A stretch of DNA of 64,000 nt from Phycisphaerales bacterium (GTDB lineage Bacteria; Planctomycetota; Phycisphaerae; Phycisphaerales; SM1A02). Numbering within the stretch: position 1 is the stretch's first letter; the number at the start of each line of letters is the position of its first letter. Of this stretch, positions 29,435-39,528 are shown in pieces. The notes under the pieces were generated by a model. The model was not told the origin of the DNA and did not search any database. It was given only the letters and a program-made list of their open reading frames with translations. A program made the translations under genes and the position numbers. The DNA is taken from assembly GCA_046350455.1 (NCBI GenBank), contig JAXMAM010000001.1, positions 57,130 through 121,129 of the forward strand, given 5' to 3'.

Positions 29435-30790
29435 TCAGCCAGTCCACGCTGCCAGCATGATGCCCAGGTCTGTGCCGTCTACCAGCAGGTCGTTGTTCAG
29501 GTCTGCAGCGCAGTTGTTGCACACGCCCCACGCGCTCAGCAGCAGGCCCAGGTCTGTGCCGTCCACGTGGCCGTCGCAGTTCAGGTCTGCTTCTGCGCAG
29601 GCAGGGCAGCCGTTCCACTGCGCAATGCTGGCAGCAGGCGTGGCGCCAACCATGCTGAACGCGCCGCCCACGCAGAGTGATTGCGATCCGTCAGGATTGT
29701 GCAAGGCGTACAGCGCGCGCACACCGCCGTTGGGCTGCTGAGGCAGCTCCTGCCAGCCAGTTCCAGTCCACTTGGCCAGCATGCGCGTGGGCACGCCACC
29801 GCTGGTGGTGAAGTCGCCGCCTGCGTACAGCGCAGGGCCAGTGCCGTCGTCGAACTGCCCAAACGACATTACGTTGTTGGTGAGGCCAGCGCCGGCAGCC
29901 ACCCAGTTGGTGCCGTCCCAGCGCGCAACATTCAGTGAAGGAGCGCCAAAGAAGCCACCGGCGAAAAGCTGTGGGCCTGCGGGTGTCTGCAGCACGCCCA
30001 GCGCATACAGCTGCAGTGCGTTGATGCCAGCGCCCATGGCGCTCCACGCGCCTGCGCGCCAGCGGGCCACCATCTTCACGGGCTGCCCGCCTGCGGTGGT
30101 GAAGATGCCTGCTGCGATCAGCGAAGGGCCAGCAGGATTGCCATCGCTGAGGCCAGCCAGCGCGTACACGCTGGAGCCCACGCCCAAGCCGAGCGGTGCC
30201 CACGTGGTGCCGTTCCACTTGGCTACGCGATTGGCGGCCACGCCGCTGATGACTGTGAAGTTGCCACCGGCATACAGCGCGGGTCCGCTGCCAGAGGTGT
30301 CGTCGTAGACACACAGCGTGCGCACGGAGCCGGGCGTGGGCGTCATGGCGCCCGTGCCCACAGGAGCCCAGCGTGCGCCATTCCACTTGGCGATGCCCTC
30401 TGCTGTCACGCCGTCCATGCTGCCAAACTGGCCACCGGCGTAGAGCTCAGGACCGTTGCCAGTGCCGTCGTCAAAGACGGTGAGCGCGTAGACGCCAAGC
30501 AGCGGGTTGCTGCCTGCCACGCCAGTGCCCACTGACTGCCAGGTGCTGCCAGTCCAGCGGGCGATGCCGTGCACCGTCTGCCCGCCCATGACGGTGAACT
30601 GCCCGCCGGCGTAGAGGGCTGGTCCACTGCCGTCGTCGTACTCCACCAAGGCGTGCACGAAGTGGTCAGCGCCGGTGTCGAGCGTGGTCCAGTACGGGCC
30701 GCACTCTTGGCCAGCGCGCGCAGAGGAGGTTGCGAATGCCGCCAGAAACGCAGCGCCCAACAGAGTGGCCCAGCCCACGAGGTGTCTCAT
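29435..30790 (-). CDS. secreted beta-propeller-like repeat protein (about 9 LYAGG.F...G.A..IAKWNG..W repeats) with C-terminal dockerin-type pair
   Basis: Signal peptide MRHLVGWATLLGAAFLAAFATSSARA. C-terminus DLNCDGHVDGTDLGLLLSAWG / DLNNDLLVDGTDLGIMLAAWTG. Confidence 0.55.
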   Translation of the reverse strand: MRHLVGWATLLGAAFLAAFATSSARAGQECGPYWTTLDTGADHFVHALVEYDDGSGPALYAGGQFTVMGGQTVHGIARWTGSTWQSVGTGVAGSNPLLGVYALTVFDDGTGNGPELYAGGQFGSMDGVTAEGIAKWNGARWAPVGTGAMTPTPGSVRTLCVYDDTSGSGPALYAGGNFTVISGVAANRVAKWNGTTWAPLGLGVGSSVYALAGLSDGNPAGPSLIAAGIFTTAGGQPVKMVARWRAGAWSAMGAGINALQLYALGVLQTPAGPQLFAGGFFGAPSLNVARWDGTNWVAAGAGLTNNVMSFGQFDDGTGPALYAGGDFTTSGGVPTRMLAKWTGTGWQELPQQPNGGVRALYALHNPDGSQSLCVGGAFSMVGATPAASIAQWNGCPACAEADLNCDGHVDGTDLGLLLSAWGVCNNCAADLNNDLLVDGTDLGIMLAAWTG

Positions 30791-30917
30791 GCAGCACAGT
30801 GTGCCACAGGCGCGCAGAACTCCAGTGGCAGCAAGTGGTTGCAGCGCCATTATGCGGACCAGCGCAACGTAAACTGTTGGCCCAGTTGCGTTCCCAGCAG
30901 CTCCTGAGGAGAACCCC

Positions 30918-33083
30918 ATGTCATTCAACGTGATCCAGTCCGGGTTGCATTCGCACCTTCCAGCCACCTTGGCTGCCACCGGCGGAAGCGTGGCCTTGGC
31001 TGCGATGTTCGCAGTCATCGGTGGCCTGGGCGGATTGGTGCTCCTGTACTTCATCGTCACCCGCTGGGTGGTGAACGTGGGCGCCACAGAGCTGGCCATC
31101 ACAGAGCGGCGCTTCTCTGGCCGGCGGCTTCCGGCTGGGCGCGTGTTCGCCGCCAATGGCGAGGTGGGCATCCAGGCTGCGTACCTGGCGCCGGGTATGC
31201 ACATCGTGCCGTGGCCCTTCGTGCGCGTGGTGGGCAAGTACAGCTTTGTCACCATCGGCTCGGATGAGCTGGGCGTGGTGACCGCCACCGACGGCGAGTC
31301 CATGCCAGCTGGGCGCATCTACGCAGAGGACCGCGCTGGTTCGCAGCACGACAACTTCCAGAACCCCACTGCGTTCCTGAACGGCGGCGGCATCCGCGGC
31401 AAGCAGCTGCGATTCCTGACCAACGGCACGTTCAAGATCCATCCGCTGCTCTTTAAGGTGGAGAAGATCAAGAAGACCGTGGTGCCGCAGGGCGCCATCG
31501 GCGTGATCACCGCGGCAGACGGCGTGCCGCTGGAGCAGGGCCAGCTGCTGGGCAAGAGCGTGCAGGGGCACGACTCGTTCCAGAAGGCGGAGATCTTCCT
31601 GACTCAGGGCGGCCAGAAGGGCCCGCAGATTGAGTTCCTGCGCCCAGGCACGTACAACATCTTCACGGACATGTTCCAGGTGACGCTGGAGCCAGCCATC
31701 GCCATCGCAGATGATCAGGTGGGCCTGGTGGAGGCGCGCGACGGCAAGCCCATGCCGCGCGAGGACGTGGTGGCGCCCACGCCGGACGTTCGGACGCACA
31801 ACAGCTTCCAGGATGGCCAGGCCTTCCTGGACAACGGTGGCTACCGTGGCCCGCAGGAGTCGGTGCTGCGGCCGGGCACGTACTACATCAATCCCTACCT
31901 ATTCAGCGTGATGGGTGCGCCGCTCACGGTGATCAAGCAGGGCGAGGTGGGAGTACTGATCTCCAACGTGGGCAAGGATCCGGCCACGCTGCCAGCAGAG
32001 CTGCAGTCTGTGGCGGCAGTGCAGAGCACGCCGCTGGAGCGCAGCGCACAGGACCCTGAGGAGGTCCGCGTGGACACTGGCGTGCGCACTCGCCACGTGG
32101 TGCCAGAGGGCTTCCGCGGCATCCAGCGCAATGTGCTGGGGCCAGGCAAGTACAACATCAACCCGCGCGCATTCACGGTGATCCCCATCCCCACCACCAC
32201 GCGCAGCGTGGAGTGGGGCGGCGACGAGCGCAAGCAGGGCAAGGGGTTCGATCCGTTCCAGGTGGTCTCGCACGACGGCTTTGAGATGCGCGTGGAGGTG
32301 CGCTGCCAGTACCGCATCCTGCCAGAGAACGCGCCGTACGTGGTGCAGAAGCTGGGCTCCATCGCAGACCTGGAGGCCAACGTCATCCATCCGCAGATTG
32401 ACGGCATCTTCCGCGCGCAGGTGTCCAAGAGCCCAGCCATCAGCTACCAGCAGAACCGCGCTGAGGAGCAGGCTGCGGCCGAACGCGCGGTGCGCGAGGA
32501 CCTGTCGTTGTACAAGGTGGAGGTGGTGTCCGTGATGATCACCAACATCCATCTGCCGGAAGCGCTGATGAAGACCACGCAGGAGAAGAACCTGGCCGAG
32601 CAGCGCAAGAGCATGTTTGACTCGCAGGAGCAGGCAGAGAAGCGCCGCATCGAGTTCCAGAAGACCAAGAGCCAGGCGGACCAGCAGGACGCGCTCATCA
32701 AGGCGGAAGTGGGCATCGCCATTGCCAAGCACGAGGCTTCGCAGGCCGAGGAGCGCGCGCGCGGCACAGCTGCGCAGATCCGCATCCAGGCCGAGGCAGA
32801 AGCAGCGCGCAACAAGGCAGTGGGCGACGCTGAGGCCGCGGTGATCCGCTCCAAGGGCGAGGCACAGGCCGAGGCCTACCGCCGGCAGGTGGAGGCGCTC
32901 ACCGCCAACGGCGTGACCATGGTGGAGGTGACCAAGTCCATCGCAGGCGCTGGGCTGAAGATCACGCCCGACATCGTGGTGGGCGGTGGTGGCCGCGAGG
33001 GCGGCGGTCTGGTGGACGTGCTGCTGGCCAACATGCTGCGCGAGCAGCGGACCAAGGAGATGGCGGGCAGCGCGGGGGGCTGA
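30918..33083 (+). CDS. flotillin-like SPFH/band-7 family protein
   Basis: N-terminal TM, repeated SPFH-type segments, and a long EA-rich coiled coil (QAEAEAARNKAVGDAEAAVIRSKGEAQAEAYRRQVEAL). 721 aa. Confidence 0.65.
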   Translation: MSFNVIQSGLHSHLPATLAATGGSVALAAMFAVIGGLGGLVLLYFIVTRWVVNVGATELAITERRFSGRRLPAGRVFAANGEVGIQAAYLAPGMHIVPWPFVRVVGKYSFVTIGSDELGVVTATDGESMPAGRIYAEDRAGSQHDNFQNPTAFLNGGGIRGKQLRFLTNGTFKIHPLLFKVEKIKKTVVPQGAIGVITAADGVPLEQGQLLGKSVQGHDSFQKAEIFLTQGGQKGPQIEFLRPGTYNIFTDMFQVTLEPAIAIADDQVGLVEARDGKPMPREDVVAPTPDVRTHNSFQDGQAFLDNGGYRGPQESVLRPGTYYINPYLFSVMGAPLTVIKQGEVGVLISNVGKDPATLPAELQSVAAVQSTPLERSAQDPEEVRVDTGVRTRHVVPEGFRGIQRNVLGPGKYNINPRAFTVIPIPTTTRSVEWGGDERKQGKGFDPFQVVSHDGFEMRVEVRCQYRILPENAPYVVQKLGSIADLEANVIHPQIDGIFRAQVSKSPAISYQQNRAEEQAAAERAVREDLSLYKVEVVSVMITNIHLPEALMKTTQEKNLAEQRKSMFDSQEQAEKRRIEFQKTKSQADQQDALIKAEVGIAIAKHEASQAEERARGTAAQIRIQAEAEAARNKAVGDAEAAVIRSKGEAQAEAYRRQVEALTANGVTMVEVTKSIAGAGLKITPDIVVGGGGREGGGLVDVLLANMLREQRTKEMAGSAGG

Positions 33084-33248
33084 GCACCCAGGCAGGCGGC
33101 ACTGGCCGGCGTTGGCGCAGCTGTTTGCGCAACGACGTTGGGTTTTGGCGGATTCTGGCGCACCACGCTGTGCGGCTGGCGTAGGTGCGCCGTGAAGCAG
33201 TCGAAGGACAACCAAGTGCGGGCGGCTGCATCTGGCCCGTGGCGGCGC

Positions 33249-34340
33249 ATGCAGGCTGCCGGCAGGATGTGCTGCGTGCTGGTCGCCAGCGCAGTGGGGC
33301 TGGGTGCCGCGCTGCTCTTTGTGATGGGTCGCGTGGGGCCAGCGCCGGTGGAGGCCATCACAAGCCCATTCACCGCGCACGCATGCGTGGCGCTGTGCGT
33401 GGCGGCGGCGGTGTTTGTGGCGCTGCGGGCGTTCCGGCGTGCCGCAGCGCTGGGAGTGCTGTGCGCGTGGGCTGCGGTCATTGTGGGGCCGGTCGTCCTG
33501 CCGCATGCCAGCGCGCAGCAGGCTGGCGCGCAGCACGCGCAGCTGGACGTGCCAGCGGAGAGAGCGCCGGACGAGCAGCTGCGGGTGGCTTCGTTCAACG
33601 CGCTGGTCAGCAACGCGCCCTCTGAAGAGAAGCTGCGCTGGCTGGTGGACACGCACGCGGATGTGCTCTGCGTGGTGGAGTGCAACACGCCCTGGCTGGC
33701 GGCGCTCAAGCAGGCGCGGGAGAACGGACAGCTGGTGTGGCCCCATTGCATTGCCCAGGCGCATGACGACGCTGCAATTGGAATCGCCATCCTGAGCCGG
33801 TTTCCGCTGGAACAGGCGCAGATCCTGCAGCTGCCGGGCGCGCGCAACCTGCATGCCGTGGCAACCGCGGTGACCCCTGGTGGTTCAGTGCGCGTGCTGG
33901 CGGTGCATCCCATGTCGCCGGTGTCCATCCGCTGTGTGGGCATGCGCAATGACGAGCTTGCGTGGCTGGCGGGGATGTGCGCGGCCAGCAGCGCGCCCAC
34001 GTTGGTCGTGGGCGACTTCAACGAGACACCGTATGGCCGCGCGTTTGCGCAGTTTGTGGACACCACTGGCTACGCCAGCGCACGAAACGTGGCTGGCGTC
34101 TGCCCCACGTGGCCAGGCCAGCTGGCGCGCGAGCACTTGCCCATGCTGGCGGGCATACCCATCGACCACGTGCTGATGTCGCGCCACTTTGCGCCAGTGC
34201 AGATGCAGGTGGGGCCGTACCTGGGGTCAGATCATCTGCCAGTGGTGGCGGATGTACTCAGGGTGCAGGGGGCGGGTGGCCTGGCTGAGCGGGTTGAGCA
34301 GGCTGGGCAGGGCGGCTCGGTTCAGCCTGCGGCACGATGA
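33249..34340 (+). CDS. endonuclease/exonuclease/phosphatase (EEP) family membrane protein
   Basis: Three N-terminal TM helices. EEP motifs LRVASFN, VLCVVE, VVGDFN, SDHLPV. Confidence 0.5.
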   Translation: MQAAGRMCCVLVASAVGLGAALLFVMGRVGPAPVEAITSPFTAHACVALCVAAAVFVALRAFRRAAALGVLCAWAAVIVGPVVLPHASAQQAGAQHAQLDVPAERAPDEQLRVASFNALVSNAPSEEKLRWLVDTHADVLCVVECNTPWLAALKQARENGQLVWPHCIAQAHDDAAIGIAILSRFPLEQAQILQLPGARNLHAVATAVTPGGSVRVLAVHPMSPVSIRCVGMRNDELAWLAGMCAASSAPTLVVGDFNETPYGRAFAQFVDTTGYASARNVAGVCPTWPGQLAREHLPMLAGIPIDHVLMSRHFAPVQMQVGPYLGSDHLPVVADVLRVQGAGGLAERVEQAGQGGSVQPAAR

Positions 34341-35886
34341 TGGTGGCATCCGCGGCGAGTTCTACGCAGGCGCTGCCGGGTGGAAGCACAGGAACGCCGC
34401 GGCTGTCCAGCGGAAACGTGTGCTTGAACTGGGCGAACGGCACCACCACGCTCCACGCGTGCAACGTGATGGTGTGGCGGCCATGAGTGGTGATTGCAGG
34501 CAAAGTGAAGGTGCTGGTCTGGCTCGCGTTCCCTTCGGTGACCATCCAGGGCTCAAGCGGCTGGGCGACGCCGTCCATCGTCACACTGCTGATCTGGATG
34601 CAGCGCATGTGCGTGAGCTGGAAGTGGTTGGGGCCGAACCATGCAGTGACTGCAAGCGTGAGGGGCTGTCCCATGGCCAGCGCAGCGGGGGGCTCAAGCT
34701 GCACCTGCGTGGTGGCTCGGATGAGGTTCTCAGCGTCGCTTGAAGCGAGCGCGCCACTGAGAAGCGCCTTTCCCGGGACAGAAGTGTGAACGAAGTTCGA
34801 GGAGTCGTGTCTGCCGCTGTTGGCGACCAGCGCATCGCACAGCGCGTGGAGCTCTGTAGGGCTGAGCGTGCGGCCCTCGAGATGCTGGGTGAGGAGCCAT
34901 TGCTCGCGCGGGGCTGCGCCCTGCACCTTTGCCACCAGCGCAGCAGGCGACATCCAGCGGTAGTGCAACCCCATTCCGCTGATGATGGGCCACGCAAAGA
35001 GCGGAGTGGTCAGCAGCGCAATGACCATGATGGGCTTCCAGGAGATGGATTGGAACGGCTGGACCACGCTGCCTGGGGCGGAGAGCCCAGCGCCGCACTC
35101 TGTGCACGTGGCTCGGCTCCGTTGTGGGGGAAGTTCATGGCCGCACCTGGCGCAGCGCAACGGCGCGCTGCGTGCTGCGGCGATGGCGGGCGCCATGCTG
35201 GCCATCATGGCGGCCATCATGATGGCCGTTCCCACCGTGATGGGAAGGAAGTTGGTCTCAGTCATGAACCCAATGCCAGCCACCTGCGTGAAGACCCACA
35301 TCCACAGCATCATGGGCAGCGCCAGCCCGACGGAGGCTGCGGCAAAGCGGCGTATCCACGCAGCCTTCGCATCAAGGAGCGTGGCGCGCGCGCGATCCTG
35401 GAGGCGCACCGTCCAGAATGCGTCGGGGGACTGCGCGATCATGTGTGAAACGGCTTGAAAGGCCGCGCTCGCACGGCCCTTCCAGCCCAGGATGGTGCCT
35501 TCCCAGTACTCGCAGAGCAGCGCGGAGTGCTCTTCTGAGAGACCGTGCCTGCACGGTGTGCGGGTGACGGGCTTGTTGCACCGAGGGCAGAAGTTCCCCT
35601 TGGACGCCAGGAGCAGCGTGTGCCGACGAAACAGCAGGAGGTGGCTTTGCCACAGGAGAGGCGCAAAGGAGAGGCAGAAGTACAGTCCCAGCGCGAGCGC
35701 TGCCAGCCAGAATGGGATGCCGAGCGGTGGCTCTGGTTGGGTCCGGGTGCTGGAGAGGATCCTGGGGAGAAGCGCAAGGAACAGGCACGCCGCCAGACCA
35801 AGGGGAAGCAGGACAAAGCGCAGCAGCACGGCGCGCTGGCGCCACTGCTTGAACTGCGCTGGCGTGATGGTCCACTCAACCCGCAT
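34258..35886 (-). CDS. zinc-ribbon membrane protein, paralog family member 3
   Basis: CPRCNKPV...C and RCARCGHELPPQRSRATCTECGAGL, multiple TM helices, a periplasmic C-terminal domain, and a PAQPAQPAQPG tail. Confidence 0.5.
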   Translation of the reverse strand: MRVEWTITPAQFKQWRQRAVLLRFVLLPLGLAACLFLALLPRILSSTRTQPEPPLGIPFWLAALALGLYFCLSFAPLLWQSHLLLFRRHTLLLASKGNFCPRCNKPVTRTPCRHGLSEEHSALLCEYWEGTILGWKGRASAAFQAVSHMIAQSPDAFWTVRLQDRARATLLDAKAAWIRRFAAASVGLALPMMLWMWVFTQVAGIGFMTETNFLPITVGTAIMMAAMMASMAPAIAAARSAPLRCARCGHELPPQRSRATCTECGAGLSAPGSVVQPFQSISWKPIMVIALLTTPLFAWPIISGMGLHYRWMSPAALVAKVQGAAPREQWLLTQHLEGRTLSPTELHALCDALVANSGRHDSSNFVHTSVPGKALLSGALASSDAENLIRATTQVQLEPPAALAMGQPLTLAVTAWFGPNHFQLTHMRCIQISSVTMDGVAQPLEPWMVTEGNASQTSTFTLPAITTHGRHTITLHAWSVVVPFAQFKHTFPLDSRGVPVLPPGSACVELAADATIIVPQAEPSRPAQPAQPAQPGHPPPAP

Positions 35887-35912
35887 GCGGGTGGCAGTAT
35901 CGCATGGTGGCG

Positions 35913-36602
35913 CTAGTCCCAGGACAGTGCGGCGTCTGTGACCTGTGCGCCAGCCGCAGCGGCGGCTTTCTGGATGACCAGGTAGATGTCTGGCGCAGAG
36001 CCGGGGGCAGCGCTGCCCTGGAAGACGCAGTCGCCGTTGATCATGGGGCAGCTGAGCGACTCACAGTGCGAGTCACTGAAGCAGACGGCGTGGGCCCAGC
36101 CGGCGCTCCGCTTGGAGAAGTGTGCCGAGTAGGGGGCGTCCGCGTCTGCGCAGTTGCGTGGGCCGCGAAGGGCCATGATGGGGCCGAGCGGCGCGTTGCT
36201 GCAGGAGAGGCTGAACCGGTCGCTGGCATCCAGCGGCGGCATGGCATAGGACGCGTTGCAGCGGGTGTTGAGGTCCAGCTGGAAGGGCGTGCCAGCGGTG
36301 TGCGCGGTGACGGTTGGGTGGTTCTCCAGCGGTGAGATCAGCAGGTCGGCGGCGATCAAGTTCTGCGTGATCATCCAGCTGTAGAGGTCGGCGTGACTCT
36401 GGATGGAATCCGGCAGTCTGCGGCCCTTGTGCTCGTTCAGCGCGGCGGAGAGCGCCGTGGCGATGCTTCGGATCTGCATGCTGTCTCGCACGCCCCTGGC
36501 GGGGCGGTGGCCATCTGTGTTGAGCATGACCAGCAGGTAAGCGCCGCCACAGGCCAGGAGCGCTGCAATCGGAATGAGGGTGGTTCGGTAGGAGGCGGCC
36601 AT
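35913..36602 (-). CDS. hypothetical exported/membrane-anchored Cys-rich protein
   Basis: N-terminal anchor MAASYRTTLIPIAALLACGGAYLLVML, then 10 Cys. Good GC3. Confidence 0.35.
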   Translation of the reverse strand: MAASYRTTLIPIAALLACGGAYLLVMLNTDGHRPARGVRDSMQIRSIATALSAALNEHKGRRLPDSIQSHADLYSWMITQNLIAADLLISPLENHPTVTAHTAGTPFQLDLNTRCNASYAMPPLDASDRFSLSCSNAPLGPIMALRGPRNCADADAPYSAHFSKRSAGWAHAVCFSDSHCESLSCPMINGDCVFQGSAAPGSAPDIYLVIQKAAAAAGAQVTDAALSWD

Positions 36603-36714
36603 TGGTCTTTCGTTTGCTGGACGTCTTCCATATGCTCCGGAAAGCGGGTGCGGCTTTCGCGGCCAGCACGGATGGATTCACTGTGCAGAGGCAAACATAT
36701 CATGGAGCACGGGC

Positions 36715-37239
36715 ATGACTGCAACTGAATCGGACGCTGGTGCGGGACGCGCTGCCGCAGGACCAGGAGCTGACACCGCCGCCACGCATCGCCGCCTGGC
36801 GGCGCAGTGCTTCAACGATGCGTGGCGGCTGATGGAGAAGGCGCCGCGGACACCGCAGGAGGATCTGCTGATGTTCGAGACGTGCATGGCCTCCATCTAC
36901 CACTGGAGGAATAGCCCGGACTGCACCGCGAAGAACCTGAGCGTGGGGTACTGGCAGGCTTCGCGGATCGCGGCCATGCTGGGGTGGAGTGCAGAGGCGG
37001 TGCGCTTTGCCGAGCTCTGCAGCCAGAGCAGCACTGGCCTCACCTCCTTCTACGCGGGGTACGCGGCAGAGGCTGCATGCAGGGCGGCGCTTTGCAGCGA
37101 AGATGCGGCTGCAGCAGCGCGGCACCTAGCAGCGGCAGAGCAGCTGTGCGGCGCAGTGGGTGATGCCAAGGACCGGGCGCTCCTGGCCGGAGATCTGCAG
37201 CAGCTGCGGGCGCAGGTGGAGGCGCGGGGCGCGAGCTAG
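36715..37239 (+). CDS. hypothetical cytoplasmic protein
   Basis: 174 aa, helical with Ala-rich ends, GC3 skew. No known motif seen. Confidence 0.3.
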   Translation: MTATESDAGAGRAAAGPGADTAATHRRLAAQCFNDAWRLMEKAPRTPQEDLLMFETCMASIYHWRNSPDCTAKNLSVGYWQASRIAAMLGWSAEAVRFAELCSQSSTGLTSFYAGYAAEAACRAALCSEDAAAAARHLAAAEQLCGAVGDAKDRALLAGDLQQLRAQVEARGAS

Positions 37240-37267
37240 CGCTGGTGTGGCGCGCGCTGGTGTGGCG

Positions 37268-37998
37268 CTAGCGGGTCGGCGGAGCAGGGCGGGCTGTGCC
37301 GCTGGTGGCTGCGGCGTCCGAGTCGTCCACCAGCCAGGCCTGGACAGCCACCAGCACAGTCTCGCCGCTGCCATCGAGCGCTGGCATGGTGAGCATGGCG
37401 GTCTGTCCCTTGGGCAGGATGAATGAGCGTTCCACAGTCGTGGTGCGGAGGATGGGTTCGCCCACAGGCAGCGAGGTGCCTGGGACCTCCTTTCGTCCCA
37501 CGCACTGATCCATGCGCACCACCAGACGCTTGATGCCGACCGCGCCATCAGCTGTGGGCGCGGCGGTCACTTCCATGTGCAGGCCTTCCTGGTAGGGATC
37601 ATCGTGCACCAGGCGCAGGTCCCGTTGCTTGCGGCTCCATGTGCTCCGGAAGCCACCTGGCGACCGATGTCCACCTGCGCTGCACTGTCGGCCGAGATGA
37701 ACAGTCGCGGCGCGGTGACCACGTGGCTGGCGAGGTCGTCCAGCCCCAGGCGCTTGCCGTCGTCCATCACGGCGATGTCCTGCGCGATGACCAGGGAGGG
37801 TGCAGCGTCGCCGGGGAGCGATTCGATCACGGCGCCCTCGGCCAGCAACTGCGAGTCTCGCAGCTGGTAGACGTGCGTCTGGATCAGGATGAACGACTCG
37901 CGTGTTCCAGCTGGGGCGGGCGTGGCGGCGGGTGCACCTGGCGGGGTGGCACCACCCTGCAGGAGCGTGGCGGCGGCGATGCATGCGGCGAGGATCAT
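37268..37998 (-). CDS. exported protein(s) downstream of the anti-sigma gene; two ORFs in different frames (possible frameshift near 37570)
   Basis: Signal peptide MILAACIAAATLLQGG. ORF 37567-37998 and ORF 37268-37576 (MEVTAAP...) overlap by 10 nt. Start coupled to the anti-sigma stop by ATGA at 37995-37998. Confidence 0.35.
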
Positions 37999-38471
37999 GG
38001 GTGTCCTTGGGTGAGCGGGGCTGGTTGCGGCGTCCACCGGGTGATGTCCAACGTGGGTGTGCCTGGGCTGCGGGTGAAGAACACGGGAACAGCGGGGCTG
38101 GTGGCACGGGCGCGCGGCGTGCGCTGGGTGTGCGGCGGAGGCCATGCAACATCCAGTGCAACAGCGCAGAGGAGTCCGGCCGCTACGGCAGCCCAGGTCA
38201 GACTGAGGCCAGGCGCGGCGCGAAGCAGCCGAGCGGGGTGGGGAGAGCGGGCGGGGTGGGGCGAGCGGGCAGAGTGCGCAGAGCGCGCGGAGTGCGGCGA
38301 ATGTGCGGAGTGGGGCGAACGGGCGGAGTGCGGCGCCAGGGCGGCGGCATCCGCTTCGGCCAGGCGTGCAGCCAGGCGGGTTTCATGACCGCCGGCCAGC
38401 GTAGGCAGCGGCGCTGCAGCCAGCAGGTGCTCCACGTCGGGCACGTGGGTGGCGTCGAATGGCTCAGCCAT
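37995..38471 (-). CDS. putative anti-sigma factor (single-pass membrane protein) with tandem HSARSP-type repeats
   Basis: Located immediately (2 nt) after the ECF sigma stop. TM helix WAAVAAGLLCAVALDVAW. Cytoplasmic APHSARSPHSAHSPHSARSAHSARSPHPARSPHPAR. Confidence 0.4.
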   Translation of the reverse strand: MAEPFDATHVPDVEHLLAAAPLPTLAGGHETRLAARLAEADAAALAPHSARSPHSAHSPHSARSAHSARSPHPARSPHPARLLRAAPGLSLTWAAVAAGLLCAVALDVAWPPPHTQRTPRARATSPAVPVFFTRSPGTPTLDITRWTPQPAPLTQGHP

Positions 38472-38976
38472 GGTGCGCCTCCGGGGTGAGTTCGGCACGG
38501 AGCTGTTCTAGGGCGCGGAAGTAGCGCGCTGAGACAGTGCCCAGCGGCTGGTCCAGCACCAGCGCCACCTGCGGCAGCGTGAGGCCAGCGCGGGCGTGGA
38601 GGACCACCACCTCTGCGGAGGCAGCGGGAAGGGTGTCGAGCGCTGCCTGCAGGGCCAGGAGGTCGTCCGGCTGCGGCGTGTCTGCATGGACCTCGATGGA
38701 GCGGCCCGGGTGGAACGAGGGCGTGCGGCGCGCCTGCCGGGCGCGGTCAGCCGCCTTGTTGCGGATGGCGCGGAAGGCGTAGGCCTCTGGTGCGGTGATG
38801 GGGTGGCGAATGGCCAGCATGGAGAGGAGGGCTTCGTGGACCAGGTCTTCCGCGTCGCTCCGGGAGCCGGTCAGGATGGCGGCATAAGCGGCGAGCGCCT
38901 GATGGCGGCTTCGATAGAAACCGTCCAGCCACTGACTGGTGACAACCGTTGCGTGCAGGTGCATTGGGTCCACCAC
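38464..38976 (-). CDS. ECF-type RNA polymerase sigma-70 factor
   Basis: Region 2 (AEDLVHEALLSM) and region 4 HTH (LTLPQVALVLDQPLGTVSARYFRALEQLR). 170 aa. Confidence 0.7.
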   Translation of the reverse strand: MVDPMHLHATVVTSQWLDGFYRSRHQALAAYAAILTGSRSDAEDLVHEALLSMLAIRHPITAPEAYAFRAIRNKAADRARQARRTPSFHPGRSIEVHADTPQPDDLLALQAALDTLPAASAEVVVLHARAGLTLPQVALVLDQPLGTVSARYFRALEQLRAELTPEAHHG

Positions 38977-39025
38977 AAGGACGAAGCTGAGCAGACGTTC
39001 GCTGCACCCAATCCCCGAATTTCCC

Positions 39026-39528
39026 GAAATTGGTGCCTGGCACGGGTGTCCCTACTTTCGGGGGGGCGACCGATGGTGGCGCTGCTGGGGGCGTGGGAGG
39101 GGCTGCGAAGCGGCTGCCGAAGCAGCGCACGCCGCCGCCGATCCGCCGGCACGCGCCGCCGCCGATCGTCCATCTCTCGCAGCGGCCGCAGCGCGGGGCC
39201 GGGGGGCGCGGCGTAGCGGCGTTGAGCGGAGCGAGGCAGGCTGTGTGGGTTCCTGGGCTCGCGGGCCGTTCCACCTGCCAAGCGCACGCGAAGCCGAGGC
39301 GAAGGCGGAACCTGGTGGAGCCGAGCCGTCCGCGGCCGCGCCCCCCGGCCCGCGCGGAGGCCGCGGGCGAGGCACGCACGGGACGGCCCGCACGGAGGCC
39401 GCGACACGGGGCGCTCGCGGTTCAGCGCGCGGTCCGGCGCGGGATCCCCGCGCCCCGCAAAAACCCGGGACAGGAGTGCCAGGCACCAGTTTCAGAAAGT
39501 AGGGACACCCGTGCCAGGCACCAATTTC
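39026..39528 (+). mobile_element. MITE-like non-autonomous element, copy 1 (about 503 bp, about 35-75-bp terminal inverted repeats beginning GAAATTGGTGCCTGGCACGGGTGTCCCTACTTTC)
   Basis: The left end gaaattggtgcctggcacgggtgtccctactttcgg and the right end ccgaaagtagggacacccgtgccaggcaccaatttc are reverse complements. The internal GC-rich core is the reverse complement of the core of the copy at 56133-56749. It contains no credible CDS. Confidence 0.6.

Noticed and set aside
38977-39027. ECF-type promoter (GAAC N13 CGTC) for the sigma factor gene
   Set aside because: The spacer is about 3 nt too short for the AAC-N16-CGT consensus, and the alternative pair has a 21-nt spacer. The evidence is too weak to annotate.
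39052-39486. ORFs inside the MITE copies (39052-39486, 39030-40349 N-terminus, 56044-56481, 56159-56425, 56373-56630)
   Set aside because: They only translate the TIRs (VPGTGVP...) and the GC-rich core. They appear in inverted orientation in both copies and show no codon-position GC skew.
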